Positions 49,572 to 60,057 of a DNA stretch of 64,000 nucleotides are shown here, one piece after another. The notes below the pieces were generated by a model. That model was given only the letters and a program-made list of their open reading frames with translations, was not told where the DNA came from and did no database searches. How positions within the stretch are numbered: position 1 is the stretch's first letter; every line of letters begins with the position of its first letter. This DNA is from a virus: the IMG/VR virus record IMGVR_UViG_3300026484_000002, positions 27,282 through 91,281 of that record; one strand, written 5' to 3'. A program made the translations under genes and the position numbers.

Positions 49572-49865
49572 CTACTTTCCCCGCTGTTTGCTAACGACGA
49601 TCGTGCACTTCGCCTTACTTTTGAGGTGTTTTTGCACCCACTGCGTAATTGATTGGTTAATCAGATCTTCCTCAGGAACACTTAGCTTCATAATCTCTCC
49701 GTCACGATAGGTTGCTTTTTTGCCATCAAATGACACTATGTCCTCTGGAGAAAGTTCTTTTTTTGCCTTTTCAGATACTAAACTCAATAGTGTCTCCCCA
49801 ACTAATCTAGTAGGATCAATTGTTACTGTTTTTTCTTTACCTTTAGTTACTAATACTTCTATCAT
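49572..49865 (-). CDS. hypothetical protein
   Basis: 97 aa, coupled to SLT gene. Confidence 0.55.
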   Translation of the reverse strand: MIEVLVTKGKEKTVTIDPTRLVGETLLSLVSEKAKKELSPEDIVSFDGKKATYRDGEIMKLSVPEEDLINQSITQWVQKHLKSKAKCTIVVSKQRGK

Positions 49866-50380
49866 TTTTTTTCCTTTTTATTTGTTTTTATAGCCAATAC
49901 TTCTTTATTGCCTCGTAGCCTTTTTATGTATTTTTTTATGCTTTTAACATACGCACTGTTTATATCGCAAGCGAATCCTTGATTATAACTTGCAACCATG
50001 TGACTCCACACTTTGCTTACCTTCCTAGATTTCCAATAATTTTGCCAATACTTTAATTCAAGAATTGCTGCAGCTATTGAAAAATCTTTATCTAAAATAA
50101 GTCTTTCACATAACCTACTTCTATTCCATAAGGTATCTTTCATCTTCGTCCTTTTTATTAGGAATCTTGGCATCACATGCATTATTCCACAAGAAGGATC
50201 ACTTAGGTTTATTGGGTATTTTCCAAGTTTAGACTCTTGCCAAGCAATCGCAACCAACGTATAGCCCAAATCAAAAGGCTTCCCTTTTTCGTACACAAAT
50301 CTTGCTATATCTTTTTGCTCTTCAGATAAAGCGTACATGTTGACAACTACAAGTAGCAACCCTAACAATATATTTTTCAT
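49862..50380 (-). CDS. lytic transglycosylase (SLT) with signal peptide
   Basis: AIAWQES, CGIMHV, ASYNQG motifs; MKNILLGLLLVVVNMYA leader with GGAG SD. Confidence 0.82.
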   Translation of the reverse strand: MKNILLGLLLVVVNMYALSEEQKDIARFVYEKGKPFDLGYTLVAIAWQESKLGKYPINLSDPSCGIMHVMPRFLIKRTKMKDTLWNRSRLCERLILDKDFSIAAAILELKYWQNYWKSRKVSKVWSHMVASYNQGFACDINSAYVKSIKKYIKRLRGNKEVLAIKTNKKEKK

Positions 50381-50426
50381 ATATTCTCCATTTTTGTTTC
50401 CTTTTTCTAGCAACTATGCTTTTTCT

Positions 50427-50867
50427 TTACAGCTCATCCCATTCTGGTTTTTTGCTTACAAACCCTTCTACTTCACTCATATTGTCAAATGTTAACCCAA
50501 TAGGCTCATAATCGCCCGTTCCGTCTCTATTGAATAAATACGCTTCGAATCCAGACTCAATACTATCCTTAAGGAATAGATGTTTATCTATGCTCACTAT
50601 GTCAACAGACTTTCCATTTGAATAGTCTATTGTTGCAACAATATCTTCATTTGGAGTTAAAGGTTCAATTGCTATAATCTCTACTTCGCTGTTTTTGAAA
50701 GCGTCTAGCGCTTCTTCTTTCTGAAGATTATATAACTCTTTAAAGTCTTTTTTAAAAAGTTCTGTGGCTTCTTCTTTTGAATAATAAAGATATTCTTTTT
50801 GACAAAATTTGCCAAAAATTATATCCGTAATTATAAAATTGTCTGTGTGCTTTTGTGTAATTGTCAT
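50427..50867 (-). CDS. hypothetical acidic protein
   Basis: 146 aa, AAGGA SD. Confidence 0.55.
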   Translation of the reverse strand: MTITQKHTDNFIITDIIFGKFCQKEYLYYSKEEATELFKKDFKELYNLQKEEALDAFKNSEVEIIAIEPLTPNEDIVATIDYSNGKSVDIVSIDKHLFLKDSIESGFEAYLFNRDGTGDYEPIGLTFDNMSEVEGFVSKKPEWDEL

Positions 50868-51070
50868 CCATGTTCCTTTCTTTTAAAGTCTTTAACATAA
50901 TCAGAAACACTGAGTCTTATCCCTTGATCACACGGTCTATCTACAAATTGGTGTTTAATACAATCACCTGTTTCTAATATGACAACATCCTCTCTGGTAT
51001 CTTTCAATTTCACTTTATCTCCAACTTTCATGTCTTTCCTTCATTTTAAAACTCTTTTTTGTTTTTACAT

Positions 51071-51328
51071 CTACACCTCTATAAATATATTATCCACCTC
51101 GATTTCTGAAAAGCCCTCTTCTCTATAGAACCTATACTCTTCTTCAATTGCACATACAATAATGTCTTCATCTTCTAAAAATACTTCGGAACGACAATCT
51201 TGACTTATGCATGTTTTATTTTCATACCAATTCAACCTATTGCACTTTTTGCAAACTTTCAAATCACTCGGTTTTTGTATACAGCCCTGTAAATCCATCT
51301 CTTTCATGCCGTTTCCTTGTCTTCGCAT
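51071..51328 (-). CDS. Zn-finger protein
   Basis: CKKC..NWYEN..CISQDC. Confidence 0.55.
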   Translation of the reverse strand: MRRQGNGMKEMDLQGCIQKPSDLKVCKKCNRLNWYENKTCISQDCRSEVFLEDEDIIVCAIEEEYRFYREEGFSEIEVDNIFIEV

Positions 51329-51936
51329 TTTTCATATATAATTTCACCATTACTGAACCGTGCAGAAACTCTGTATGCATCTGTGAACATTCCAAAAACA
51401 TTCTCCACAGTTGTTCTTAATTCTTCTTCTTTTTCTCTAAATTTTGTCTCTGCTTCTTCGATAATATTTACAATATCCTCTTTTGATTTTCCTTCAGGTA
51501 TCTCAATATCTCCGTACTTTACACAATCAATCAATTCTTGGATAGCGTTTTCCATATCATCTGAATATTGTCCAAACTCATCTCTAAACTTCACAACATA
51601 GTCAAGATTAGCTCCTTCATAATAACCACTGATGCAAAGCACTTCAATTATAACTTCCACCTCAATATCTATTTCTTCAATGTGCATACTTGTGGATATT
51701 TCGCCCAAACTATGTCCTGGATAGCTACGCAAAAAATCATAGCCATTATATACAGAATCTGAAATGTCCATTGTGTTTGTTTTGCTAACAATATCTTTGA
51801 GTTCATACCATACATTATCACACATGTCTTCTACAATAAACTCATCGTTTACAGGCTCTCCATTCTCATCTTCGTAAGATGTGTCTATTGCGTACACACA
51901 TCTTGCATCTTCTGTACAAAAATTACTTGTTCCCAC
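51304..51936 (-). CDS. highly acidic hypothetical protein
   Basis: About 25% Asp+Glu by hand count; SGYYEGANLD motif. Confidence 0.6.
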   Translation of the reverse strand: MGTSNFCTEDARCVYAIDTSYEDENGEPVNDEFIVEDMCDNVWYELKDIVSKTNTMDISDSVYNGYDFLRSYPGHSLGEISTSMHIEEIDIEVEVIIEVLCISGYYEGANLDYVVKFRDEFGQYSDDMENAIQELIDCVKYGDIEIPEGKSKEDIVNIIEEAETKFREKEEELRTTVENVFGMFTDAYRVSARFSNGEIIYEKCEDKETA

Positions 51937-51939
51937 CTT

Positions 51940-52515
51940 TTATCCTTTTTTTTCAGAGCAAGTCAACAGTTTCTCTTCTGCTTCTTTAACAAAACCATTC
52001 AGCTCATATTGATAAACCCTCTTTTTCTCTTCTCTACATCTTTTCAACACATTTTCTCCAATTTTACCTATAGTATAAAAACCACTTGCTTCTATAGGGC
52101 TTGAGCCTTGGAGTATATAATAAGCTAACTCTATTGTGTCGTTCATATCCATTCCACCACCTGTCAAAGCTATGAAGTGGCTATCTAATGGTTCCACATA
52201 CATAACAGAACAATTTGGAGCAAGCTTGTATGCAAGCTCTATTCTGTCTTCACTTGGCTCAAAGGATAAAAGATCCCAATAATATAGAGGGCTTTCCAGT
52301 CCTCTAACTAGCTCGTCACAAGCACTACTTTCTTTGAACATCTCTATTGTTTCATCTTCGTCCATCTCTAACGTGCTCATATCTTCAACCCAATATAAAA
52401 ACTGTTCACTTTTTTTAAGAAGCTCATTGTTGTTTAAGAGCATTTGCTCTGTCAAATTTTCTATATCCTCATATGGGGTAAATCTTTCTTGGTTAATTCT
52501 AACTGAATAACTCAT
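51940..52515 (-). CDS. acidic hypothetical protein
   Basis: IALTGGGMDM motif. Confidence 0.6.
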   Translation of the reverse strand: MSYSVRINQERFTPYEDIENLTEQMLLNNNELLKKSEQFLYWVEDMSTLEMDEDETIEMFKESSACDELVRGLESPLYYWDLLSFEPSEDRIELAYKLAPNCSVMYVEPLDSHFIALTGGGMDMNDTIELAYYILQGSSPIEASGFYTIGKIGENVLKRCREEKKRVYQYELNGFVKEAEEKLLTCSEKKG

Positions 52516-52675
52516 TTATTTTTTCCTTGTGTAAATTCCTAAGTAATTTGAGGTCTATGTTTCGTTCACATACAGTATAAAGAGAAAACTTTTGATTAGC
52601 ATTTGTACAGGTAATTATCTATTTCTGTATTTTTCTTCTAATCTTACAATAACAATATCAATAAATATTTTTTAT

Positions 52676-53020
52676 TTATAAAATTTTATTTTTTTTAAAT
52701 TTAGATACAAGTTTATTGTTCCCTAAATATGTAATTGTTTCTTCTATAGTTGGTTCCCAAGTAACACATAAACTATAATTTGGTACACTTAAGCTATCAT
52801 GCCAAGAATTAGCACTCTTACAAATACCATAAATAATACATTGATTATCACATAACCATCCAGCAATCAATGAATTTTTATATTCTTTAAAATCTTTTTT
52901 ATAAAGTCTTTTTGCTTTTTCTGGAATCATTGATTCAGCTAATAATTTTTTTTCTTCTCGAACTGTTTCCCAATCTTGAAGTCTTTTTGCTTTTTCTATT
53001 TTATCTTTAATTGAATTCAA
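52676..53020 (-). CDS. hypothetical protein
   Basis: 114 aa, AAGGA SD with TTG start. Confidence 0.5.
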   Translation of the reverse strand: MNSIKDKIEKAKRLQDWETVREEKKLLAESMIPEKAKRLYKKDFKEYKNSLIAGWLCDNQCIIYGICKSANSWHDSLSVPNYSLCVTWEPTIEETITYLGNNKLVSKFKKNKIL

Positions 53021-53041
53021 TTATAAATCCTTGTTTTTATT

Positions 53042-54883
53042 CTAAAATGGACATTCTTCTTTTGAAATTTCATCCATTACATTGTTCTCTTCAGAACCAA
53101 ACTGCAATTGTTTATATTCATCTTGTTGTTGGATCTCGTTTTCATAATTTGTTAATAGAAAATTTGTAAAAAAAGATAAAGAATTGATATTCTTTCCTTC
53201 TTTGATTATGTTCTTAGCTCTTGTTTTCAAAGCTTTTATAAATCTGTTTCTTACTTCAGGATATTTGTTCATATCTGCTTCCCATTTATCTATGAACCAT
53301 TCGATTTTGGGAATATAAGGATGTCCTGCTTTAGATATAGGAGAACCATTTACATACATCCAAAACCAAATATAAGCCTTTGCTAAATGCTCTAAGTCAT
53401 CTGTTGTTCTTAGAACCATAGCCATGTTTTTAGCCATATCTTGTTCGTGCTTAATTCTTACTTCTTCTGGGTCTATATCCCTATTGCTAGATCCAGTTCT
53501 CTTTTGAGCCAATTCTTTTTCTTGGTCATCATTAAAAATGCTATTTTCAATAGCCCTAAGATTATCCAATTTACTGTCATACCATTCTCTTGATATTTCA
53601 GTGGTTAAATCGTCACTAAGGAATTCACTTAATAAAGGTAAACTCCATTTAGCATTTTCTCTAGCTAAGTTAGTTTTGTCCAATCTTTTATCTTCTGTTC
53701 TATTCACAGGAGTAAATGTATCATATCCAAAACCAAATCTTGATATATTGGATCCACAATCAATGATTACTTTTTCATCTATATCTTTGTTACTGCGAAA
53801 CAATCTTCCACATATCTGAGCTTCTTTACTCCTACTTCCTATTGATGTAGCAATTACTAATGCTTCTATATCATCATCACTAAAGCCAGTCGAAAGAATA
53901 TTCACATTAATCATACATTTAACAATAAATTCATCATTTTCAAATTCTGGTAATACAGCATCTCTGCAGAATGGATCTATGTATTTAGATTGATTTCTAA
54001 AACTTGATACAAGGGCTTCTGTATGTTTTTTCTTTTGTTTCGAGTGAATTACTGCTGAAAAAAAAGAATTGCTTTGTAGAGCTTTATTTAAACGCTCAGC
54101 CATATCTATTGATGAAGTGAATACTAAAGTTTTTTTATTTTGTAGATTTCTATCAATCATTACTTGAACTACATTATTTATATATACATCTGTTTCAATA
54201 ATCTCATTTAGTTGATTTTGGTCAAAGTCTCCAGAAGATGTTATTTTAATCTTATCAAAATCAATCTTTTCAGAAAAATTAGCTACTCTATATTTTACAT
54301 TATGATGCCAAGCTCCATTAGCAATTAAATCTTTTGGTTCCACTGTTTTGATTAATTTATATACATTTTCTAAAGCATATCCAAAAGCATTATATGGAGT
54401 TCCACTCATTCCAATTCTGCCTACATATCCCAATTTATCTTTGATTGATACAATTGTCCCTGTTTTAGCAAATTTATGTAACTCATCTTGCAGGATCCAA
54501 CATCCTTTAAATTCATCATGAGCCCCTTTTTCTACTCTATTTTTAAGCGTTTGAAGCATACATACTTTTATATTTGCATTAGGATGTGAATCTTTTATTC
54601 CAGCAGCTATAATTCCTAATTCAATATTCATATCTTTTGCTGTATTAACAAATTGTTCAATTAATGGTTTAATAGGCATTACTATTAATACTTTTTCACC
54701 TTTATCAGCTAATCTTTTTGCTGCTTCAAGGAATACAATTGATTTTCCGAAACTAACAGGTGCATCAACAACTATAGTATCTGATTCAATTTCTCCAAAA
54801 GCCATGTCTGCTTCAAGTTCTTCTGCTGCATCAAATACTTGTTTTACTGTTTCCTCTTGATAATCTCTTAATATAATACTCAT
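53042..54883 (-). CDS. superfamily 2 DExH helicase
   Basis: LRDYQ, APVSFGKS, QDELH, SGTP, LSTGFS, QICGRLFR. Confidence 0.88.
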   Translation of the reverse strand: MSIILRDYQEETVKQVFDAAEELEADMAFGEIESDTIVVDAPVSFGKSIVFLEAAKRLADKGEKVLIVMPIKPLIEQFVNTAKDMNIELGIIAAGIKDSHPNANIKVCMLQTLKNRVEKGAHDEFKGCWILQDELHKFAKTGTIVSIKDKLGYVGRIGMSGTPYNAFGYALENVYKLIKTVEPKDLIANGAWHHNVKYRVANFSEKIDFDKIKITSSGDFDQNQLNEIIETDVYINNVVQVMIDRNLQNKKTLVFTSSIDMAERLNKALQSNSFFSAVIHSKQKKKHTEALVSSFRNQSKYIDPFCRDAVLPEFENDEFIVKCMINVNILSTGFSDDDIEALVIATSIGSRSKEAQICGRLFRSNKDIDEKVIIDCGSNISRFGFGYDTFTPVNRTEDKRLDKTNLARENAKWSLPLLSEFLSDDLTTEISREWYDSKLDNLRAIENSIFNDDQEKELAQKRTGSSNRDIDPEEVRIKHEQDMAKNMAMVLRTTDDLEHLAKAYIWFWMYVNGSPISKAGHPYIPKIEWFIDKWEADMNKYPEVRNRFIKALKTRAKNIIKEGKNINSLSFFTNFLLTNYENEIQQQDEYKQLQFGSEENNVMDEISKEECPF

Positions 54884-54895
54884 TCTATTTTCCTT

Positions 54896-55198
54896 TTATT
54901 TTCTACTATATAGTTCTTCCATATATTCAAACAATCTATTGTCATCAAATGTTCTATTTATAGTATCTGATCCCCAACAACCTTCTACAGAATTATATCT
55001 TCCACAATAAACTCTTATATCTGGTCCACCAAATGAGCATAATATTTCAACTCCATTTAAATTATCTTCAGTATCAAAACATATTGATTCAATAGATAGT
55101 TGTTTATTTATCCATTTAAATATATCTGTTTGTTCATCTTCAAGTTCATTTACTATTGATAATACATTGTTTAATAGTGTCTTTCTTGTATCATTCAT
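54896..55198 (-). CDS. acidic hypothetical protein
   Basis: FGGPDIRV..EGCWG motif. Confidence 0.55.
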   Translation of the reverse strand: MNDTRKTLLNNVLSIVNELEDEQTDIFKWINKQLSIESICFDTEDNLNGVEILCSFGGPDIRVYCGRYNSVEGCWGSDTINRTFDDNRLFEYMEELYSRK

Positions 55199-55518
55199 TA
55201 TTCTAGTTTTCCTCTTATATATAATTCTTGTTTATATCTTCTATGTTCACGTATCTGTAAAGTATGTTTTTCTTTATTATAATATTGTTTAGAACCACCA
55301 TTCTCTACTCTTCTTTGATAGTTTTTCTTTAATTTATTTGGATCCACTATAAATTGAATTAATCTTTTTGATACACCATACATCTTTGATAATTCTCCTT
55401 GAGAATAAGCATTGTATAAATTATAAATTAAATAAATCTCATCTTTTTGAGACTTAGTTAATTTAACTCTTCTATCTAATTCTTCAGGTATTTTCTTTTC
55501 TATATGCTTATATGGCAT
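55198..55518 (-). CDS. HTH DNA-binding protein
   Basis: SQGELSKMYGVSKRLIQFI. Confidence 0.7.
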   Translation of the reverse strand: MPYKHIEKKIPEELDRRVKLTKSQKDEIYLIYNLYNAYSQGELSKMYGVSKRLIQFIVDPNKLKKNYQRRVENGGSKQYYNKEKHTLQIREHRRYKQELYIRGKLE

Positions 55519-55530
55519 TGGATCTCCTTT

Positions 55531-55554
55531 GTGGTATAAAGTGGTTTATACCAC
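55531..55554. terminator. intergenic hairpin
   Basis: GTGGTATAAA-GTGG-TTTATACCAC perfect 10-bp stem. Confidence 0.55.
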
Positions 55555-55563
55555 CTTATATTT

Positions 55564-55905
55564 TTATCTTAATTGTAATATTGGAAAACTTCTAGAATTT
55601 ATATCACATATTGCCAACAAATCAATTTGACGATATGCTCCCCAATAAATTACAGTATTGTCTCCTTCAATTACCAACATTGCTTTTGAATTTTCTTTAT
55701 CATTTTCTATAAAATCAATTAGAGCATCCATATCTTTATCTTTATATTCTTCATGAAATTTTAACCAAATTCTATATGCATAATAATAATTTTTATCATT
55801 TGTAGTTTTAAAATAATCTGATAAATCATTTTCTTTTAAAATTTGATTTAATTTATCTTTATGTTTTAAATTTACTTTTATAAATATTTCACTTCCATAG
55901 CTCAT
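55564..55905 (-). CDS. hypothetical protein
   Basis: 113 aa, AAGGA SD. Confidence 0.55.
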   Translation of the reverse strand: MSYGSEIFIKVNLKHKDKLNQILKENDLSDYFKTTNDKNYYYAYRIWLKFHEEYKDKDMDALIDFIENDKENSKAMLVIEGDNTVIYWGAYRQIDLLAICDINSRSFPILQLR

Positions 55906-55952
55906 GTTTTTCCTTTATATTTTATTCTTCATGTTCTTGTTTATGACATTCT

Positions 55953-56696
55953 TTAAATTAATGCCTTTAATGCATGATAATTATTCTTTTCCATTCTCTT
56001 TTTATAATCAGGGCATACATTTTTAAATGAACAATAATATTCACATTTATTTGGAACCCCTGTTTTGCTTTTACCATATTCAAATACATTACATTCAGGA
56101 ATATCTTCTGGATGATCTATCATATGTTGGATCTCGTTTGTTTTATCAATTAATATTTCTTCTACTTCATCATAATTCCAAATACAATCTGTATAATCAA
56201 TAAAAGCATATTGATTTCCTCTTACTGAAGAACCAGCTTTATTGATTGCAAATAAATATGAATTAGGATATTTATTATCAAATAACCAATTATAAATACT
56301 CATGTTTGATACATATGAATCTCTCGATAATACTTTCTTAAATCCTGCACCAGCTAACAATTTAAAATCAATAATTGCTTTATATTCTTCTGATATAAGG
56401 TCTGTTTCTCCTGATACAACAAATCCATTGGGTAAAACTTTTTCAACTCTTGTGGCTATCTTAAAATCATTCATAGAACCAAAGATTGAATCTACACCAA
56501 GTTGTAATAATGATCCAGCGGTAGAAGCTGTAAAGTCTTTATTATTATCCTGGTCTCCATATTTATATCTAAGATATAGTTGCATTGGTTCTGAATCAAA
56601 TGATGAAGCACTAATCTTTTTTGTTTCTTTTTCTGTGGATCCAGTATATTTAGTTGCATCTAGCATTGTTGTAATTAGTTTCTCTTTGAGATCCAT
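55953..56696 (-). CDS. PD-(D/E)xK nuclease (Cas4/RecB-like exonuclease)
   Basis: SGETDL..IIDFK and C-terminal CEYYC..VC cluster. Confidence 0.75.
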   Translation of the reverse strand: MDLKEKLITTMLDATKYTGSTEKETKKISASSFDSEPMQLYLRYKYGDQDNNKDFTASTAGSLLQLGVDSIFGSMNDFKIATRVEKVLPNGFVVSGETDLISEEYKAIIDFKLLAGAGFKKVLSRDSYVSNMSIYNWLFDNKYPNSYLFAINKAGSSVRGNQYAFIDYTDCIWNYDEVEEILIDKTNEIQHMIDHPEDIPECNVFEYGKSKTGVPNKCEYYCSFKNVCPDYKKRMEKNNYHALKALI

Positions 56697-56735
56697 ATAT
56701 CTATCCTTTTTTGTTTTTGTAATAAAGCAAAATAT

Positions 56736-56918
56736 TTACTTATTATTTTTAAGTTGTTGTTTGTTGATTTCATGTTGTATTTCTTTCATGCATAATTCAA
56801 TATTCTTTGTAGTAGCTTCTGTATGCAATAGTTTTTCTGCTTTAGTATAACTACTACCTCCTAAAGCTTTTAATGCTTGTAGTTTATCTACTAAATATTT
56901 AAGTTGATATATTCTCAT
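56736..56918 (-). CDS. hypothetical protein
   Basis: 60 aa, AAGGA SD. Confidence 0.5.
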   Translation of the reverse strand: MRIYQLKYLVDKLQALKALGGSSYTKAEKLLHTEATTKNIELCMKEIQHEINKQQLKNNK

Positions 56919-56936
56919 CTAATTTCCTTTTATTGT

Positions 56937-57713
56937 TTATGCGTTTTCTAAATACCATTTTTTTTCTTTTGAATTAAATTTATATATATTTCCTTCAATG
57001 TCGCAAGTTGAAAAATGGTATTTAATCATTTTGTTTCTAAACCATTCTGGATATTCAGATTCCATACAATTATCAGTTGCATGAACATTTCTAGATGGTG
57101 CATTCCATGGTGAATAATCATGAAATATTAAAGCATTTGCACCAAATGGTACTTTCATTATTTCAGAATTTTTTTTTATATTATTTGAAAAATTACATGT
57201 ACTTTTTGTATCTCCAGAAATTAATATTATTTTTTCACTATCTCTAATTAGAATTCCGCTTGTTTCTATATGATGAATACCTGAAATTGATTTAAAAGAT
57301 ATATTATCTAATTTATCTATATTGAAAAATGATTCATTATAAACAATATTTGTTTTGTAAATATTAGCTTCAACAAATCTGAATCCTTCCATTTTTTTAT
57401 TAATTCCATCAAGAAATTTTAATGTATTTTCTCGCCCAATTATAGTAGTTGTTAGTCCATAAGTGAAATATCTATAATATAGAAATGATTTTAAAGATCC
57501 TACATGGTCATCATCAAGATGTGAAATAATTACATAAGATATATCTTTTATAATATTTGGTCTATCTTTTTCTAATTCTTTTAATTTTGTAAATACATTA
57601 TATCCACAATCAAATAAAATTGATTCATTTAATGTATTAATTAAAAATGATGAATTTATCATTTCTGTATCAAATGCTCCTCCACATCCAATTACTTCTA
57701 TTGATTTAATCAT
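56937..57713 (-). CDS. MBL-fold metallohydrolase (Apyc1/RNase Z-like)
   Basis: GCGGAF..NSSF, LFDCG, SHLDDDHVG (HxDxDH), SGDT, IFHD, VHAT. Confidence 0.85.
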   Translation of the reverse strand: MIKSIEVIGCGGAFDTEMINSSFLINTLNESILFDCGYNVFTKLKELEKDRPNIIKDISYVIISHLDDDHVGSLKSFLYYRYFTYGLTTTIIGRENTLKFLDGINKKMEGFRFVEANIYKTNIVYNESFFNIDKLDNISFKSISGIHHIETSGILIRDSEKIILISGDTKSTCNFSNNIKKNSEIMKVPFGANALIFHDYSPWNAPSRNVHATDNCMESEYPEWFRNKMIKYHFSTCDIEGNIYKFNSKEKKWYLENA

Positions 57714-59027
57714 CTACTCTCCTTTAAGTTTGGTTCCTTGATAAGAAGCTTCCATTTCTTGTATAAAAGCTTCATCATCTAATTTATCATCATCATTGTA
57801 AAACTTCATTTCATCATAAATAAATTCAGCAAATTCATTTTGTAATTTCATAATATCAAGATTTTGTACATTTGTAGCTTTTACTTTTTCACTATTTAAT
57901 TCAAAATATAATTTTTCATAATATACATTTTTATTGTCTTGTGACATTTTGTTAATAATATTATAATCTAATAATTTAATTTCATAAATAGTTTCAGCAT
58001 AATCATATAATACTTTCCATTCTTTTGAATTCCTTGTTGGAAGAGCATTTTTTATTTTAGTTTTATTGATAGGAAATTCAAATAATCCGTTAATTTTAGA
58101 TTTAAAAACAGTAGATGCATATACTTTTTCTGAAACATTATCTTTTAAAATAAAATCAATATCTGCTTTAAATTTAGATTGCTTCATAAAATCATAAAGT
58201 ATATTTGAAATATTTAAAGTTTGTTCTTCGTCATCAGTAATTTCATCATCAAGTTTATATGCTTCTAAAGTTTCTTCATTTCCAAGCATTTTAGATAGCA
58301 TTGAAATTTCATGATTTTCTTTATATGCATATGTTAAACATTTTTGTTTTTCATAAACAATATTATTGTCTTTCATACTTACTGTTCTGTATTCTGAATG
58401 TGCAATATATGCTCCACTTCTTGAATTATGAATAATAGACGCAAAGCTTGGTTCTAATCTATTTTCTTTAATAGATCCAAAAGGGAATATAATTCCTGGA
58501 TTATCTGGATTTTTATCATAATCAGTTCCTGTAAAGGAATCGTATCTCCTTGACACTGAATCACATGGATGTTTATGTATTGATTGTAAATGATTTGATA
58601 AAAATTCATAATTTTTAAAATTATATTTATTTTTAATAATTTCAACCATATTTAAAAATGATTTACTTTCTAATAATTCATTTACTTTACTATTATGTAG
58701 TGGTTCTAATTGTTTACTTGTATCATCTGTATCATTTAAATTAAAATCAATACGACCTGATGATACTTCTTGTTTATAGTTATAAAATACTGTAGGAATT
58801 GATAAATCCATAAAAGAATTATCTGCATATTTAAATCTAATAATTAATGACCAGTAATGTACTTGATATTCGTTTTGTTTTGCTAATGAACCAGTATTTT
58901 TTCTAATATTATTAATATCTTCATCATTTACTAATAATATACCTAAATTGGATCCAACTGTTTTATCTGTAATTTTAATTTTTGATTTTGTTGGAATTGT
59001 CATTTTAATTGTTTGTTTTTTCTTCAT
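57714..59027 (-). CDS. JAB/MPN-like metalloisopeptidase
   Basis: N-terminal NEYQ (candidate catalytic Glu) and IHKHP......SFTGTD (HxH..[S/T]xxD). Confidence 0.65.
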   Translation of the reverse strand: MKKKQTIKMTIPTKSKIKITDKTVGSNLGILLVNDEDINNIRKNTGSLAKQNEYQVHYWSLIIRFKYADNSFMDLSIPTVFYNYKQEVSSGRIDFNLNDTDDTSKQLEPLHNSKVNELLESKSFLNMVEIIKNKYNFKNYEFLSNHLQSIHKHPCDSVSRRYDSFTGTDYDKNPDNPGIIFPFGSIKENRLEPSFASIIHNSRSGAYIAHSEYRTVSMKDNNIVYEKQKCLTYAYKENHEISMLSKMLGNEETLEAYKLDDEITDDEEQTLNISNILYDFMKQSKFKADIDFILKDNVSEKVYASTVFKSKINGLFEFPINKTKIKNALPTRNSKEWKVLYDYAETIYEIKLLDYNIINKMSQDNKNVYYEKLYFELNSEKVKATNVQNLDIMKLQNEFAEFIYDEMKFYNDDDKLDDEAFIQEMEASYQGTKLKGE

Positions 59028-60057
59028 TTTGTTTTTCCTCTAAGATTTCTGCTATTTTATAAATTTCTAATGATTTTTTAATACACATTTTTGCATATTC
59101 TAAAGCTCCTGAAGCAATAATTTTTTTATTATATGGAGACAATAAGTTAGCATGATTTAATGTTCTTAAACCTTTTAATGTTGAATTAGATAAGTTTCCT
59201 GTACATACACTATGCCAATCTTTATTATGTTTACTCCATGCTATATTACAAGAAATCATTGGTGTTATATGCTGTCCTAAAGCTTCTCCATTAAGTTTAA
59301 TAACTGATGTTCCATAATAAGGCATAACAATACCTTTTGTAAGTATTTGATGGGCTGATAGATATAATTCATAACTAGAATCTTCTGATTTATCTTTTTT
59401 TACTTTATATTCAATATTTGCTAAACCATTATTAAAGCTAGCATTGATAATTTTAATGTCTGAATGTATTTGACTTGATGATAATTTAATAATATTATTA
59501 ATATTATTTTCTATTAATTCTAAATCTGCTGTTTCTGATTGATATTCTTTTTTACATTTATCTAAACTTTCTTGTGTGCTATATATATAAATTACTATTT
59601 TATATTCTTGATTATGCCATTCTGGATATTTATCTTTATCTGATAAAAGCATTGCTGTTACTGGATGAATAGGATTAATGATATTCTTATCATTATCAAT
59701 TAATAATGCTCCATAAAATAATTCTTCTATTTCATCGATTATTTCATTAATTAAATTGATTGCTTTTTTATAACTTTTAATATTTGTAATTGTAATAATA
59801 TTATTAGTTACTTCATCAAACAATATATCTGATAAGTGCATTTCAGATGTATATTCTTTTGTAACTATTTGTTCTCTATTTTCAATTAAATTTTTTAAAG
59901 CTTCACTTTTTGCTCCAATTCTAATTAACGGAGATCCATCTTTTATAAATTCGTTTATATTATCAATTAAGTCTGTTGGATCCATAGTATTTTTAAATTC
60001 TTCTTGTGTATGTTCTAATGTATATTGAAACATTGTTTTATTATTTATGAAATACAT
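59005..60057 (-). CDS. protein with C-terminal E2/UBC-like domain
   Basis: PMISCNI..SVCTGN followed by LNHANLLSPYN, parallel to UBC HPNI..ICL..PN..PLN. Confidence 0.6.
   Translation of the reverse strand: MYFINNKTMFQYTLEHTQEEFKNTMDPTDLIDNINEFIKDGSPLIRIGAKSEALKNLIENREQIVTKEYTSEMHLSDILFDEVTNNIITITNIKSYKKAINLINEIIDEIEELFYGALLIDNDKNIINPIHPVTAMLLSDKDKYPEWHNQEYKIVIYIYSTQESLDKCKKEYQSETADLELIENNINNIIKLSSSQIHSDIKIINASFNNGLANIEYKVKKDKSEDSSYELYLSAHQILTKGIVMPYYGTSVIKLNGEALGQHITPMISCNIAWSKHNKDWHSVCTGNLSNSTLKGLRTLNHANLLSPYNKKIIASGALEYAKMCIKKSLEIYKIAEILEEKQNEEKTNN

Noticed and set aside
55953-56696. Cas4-like nuclease as sign of a CRISPR-Cas system
   Set aside because: No repeat-spacer array or other cas genes seen; solo PD-(D/E)xK nucleases are common in phages
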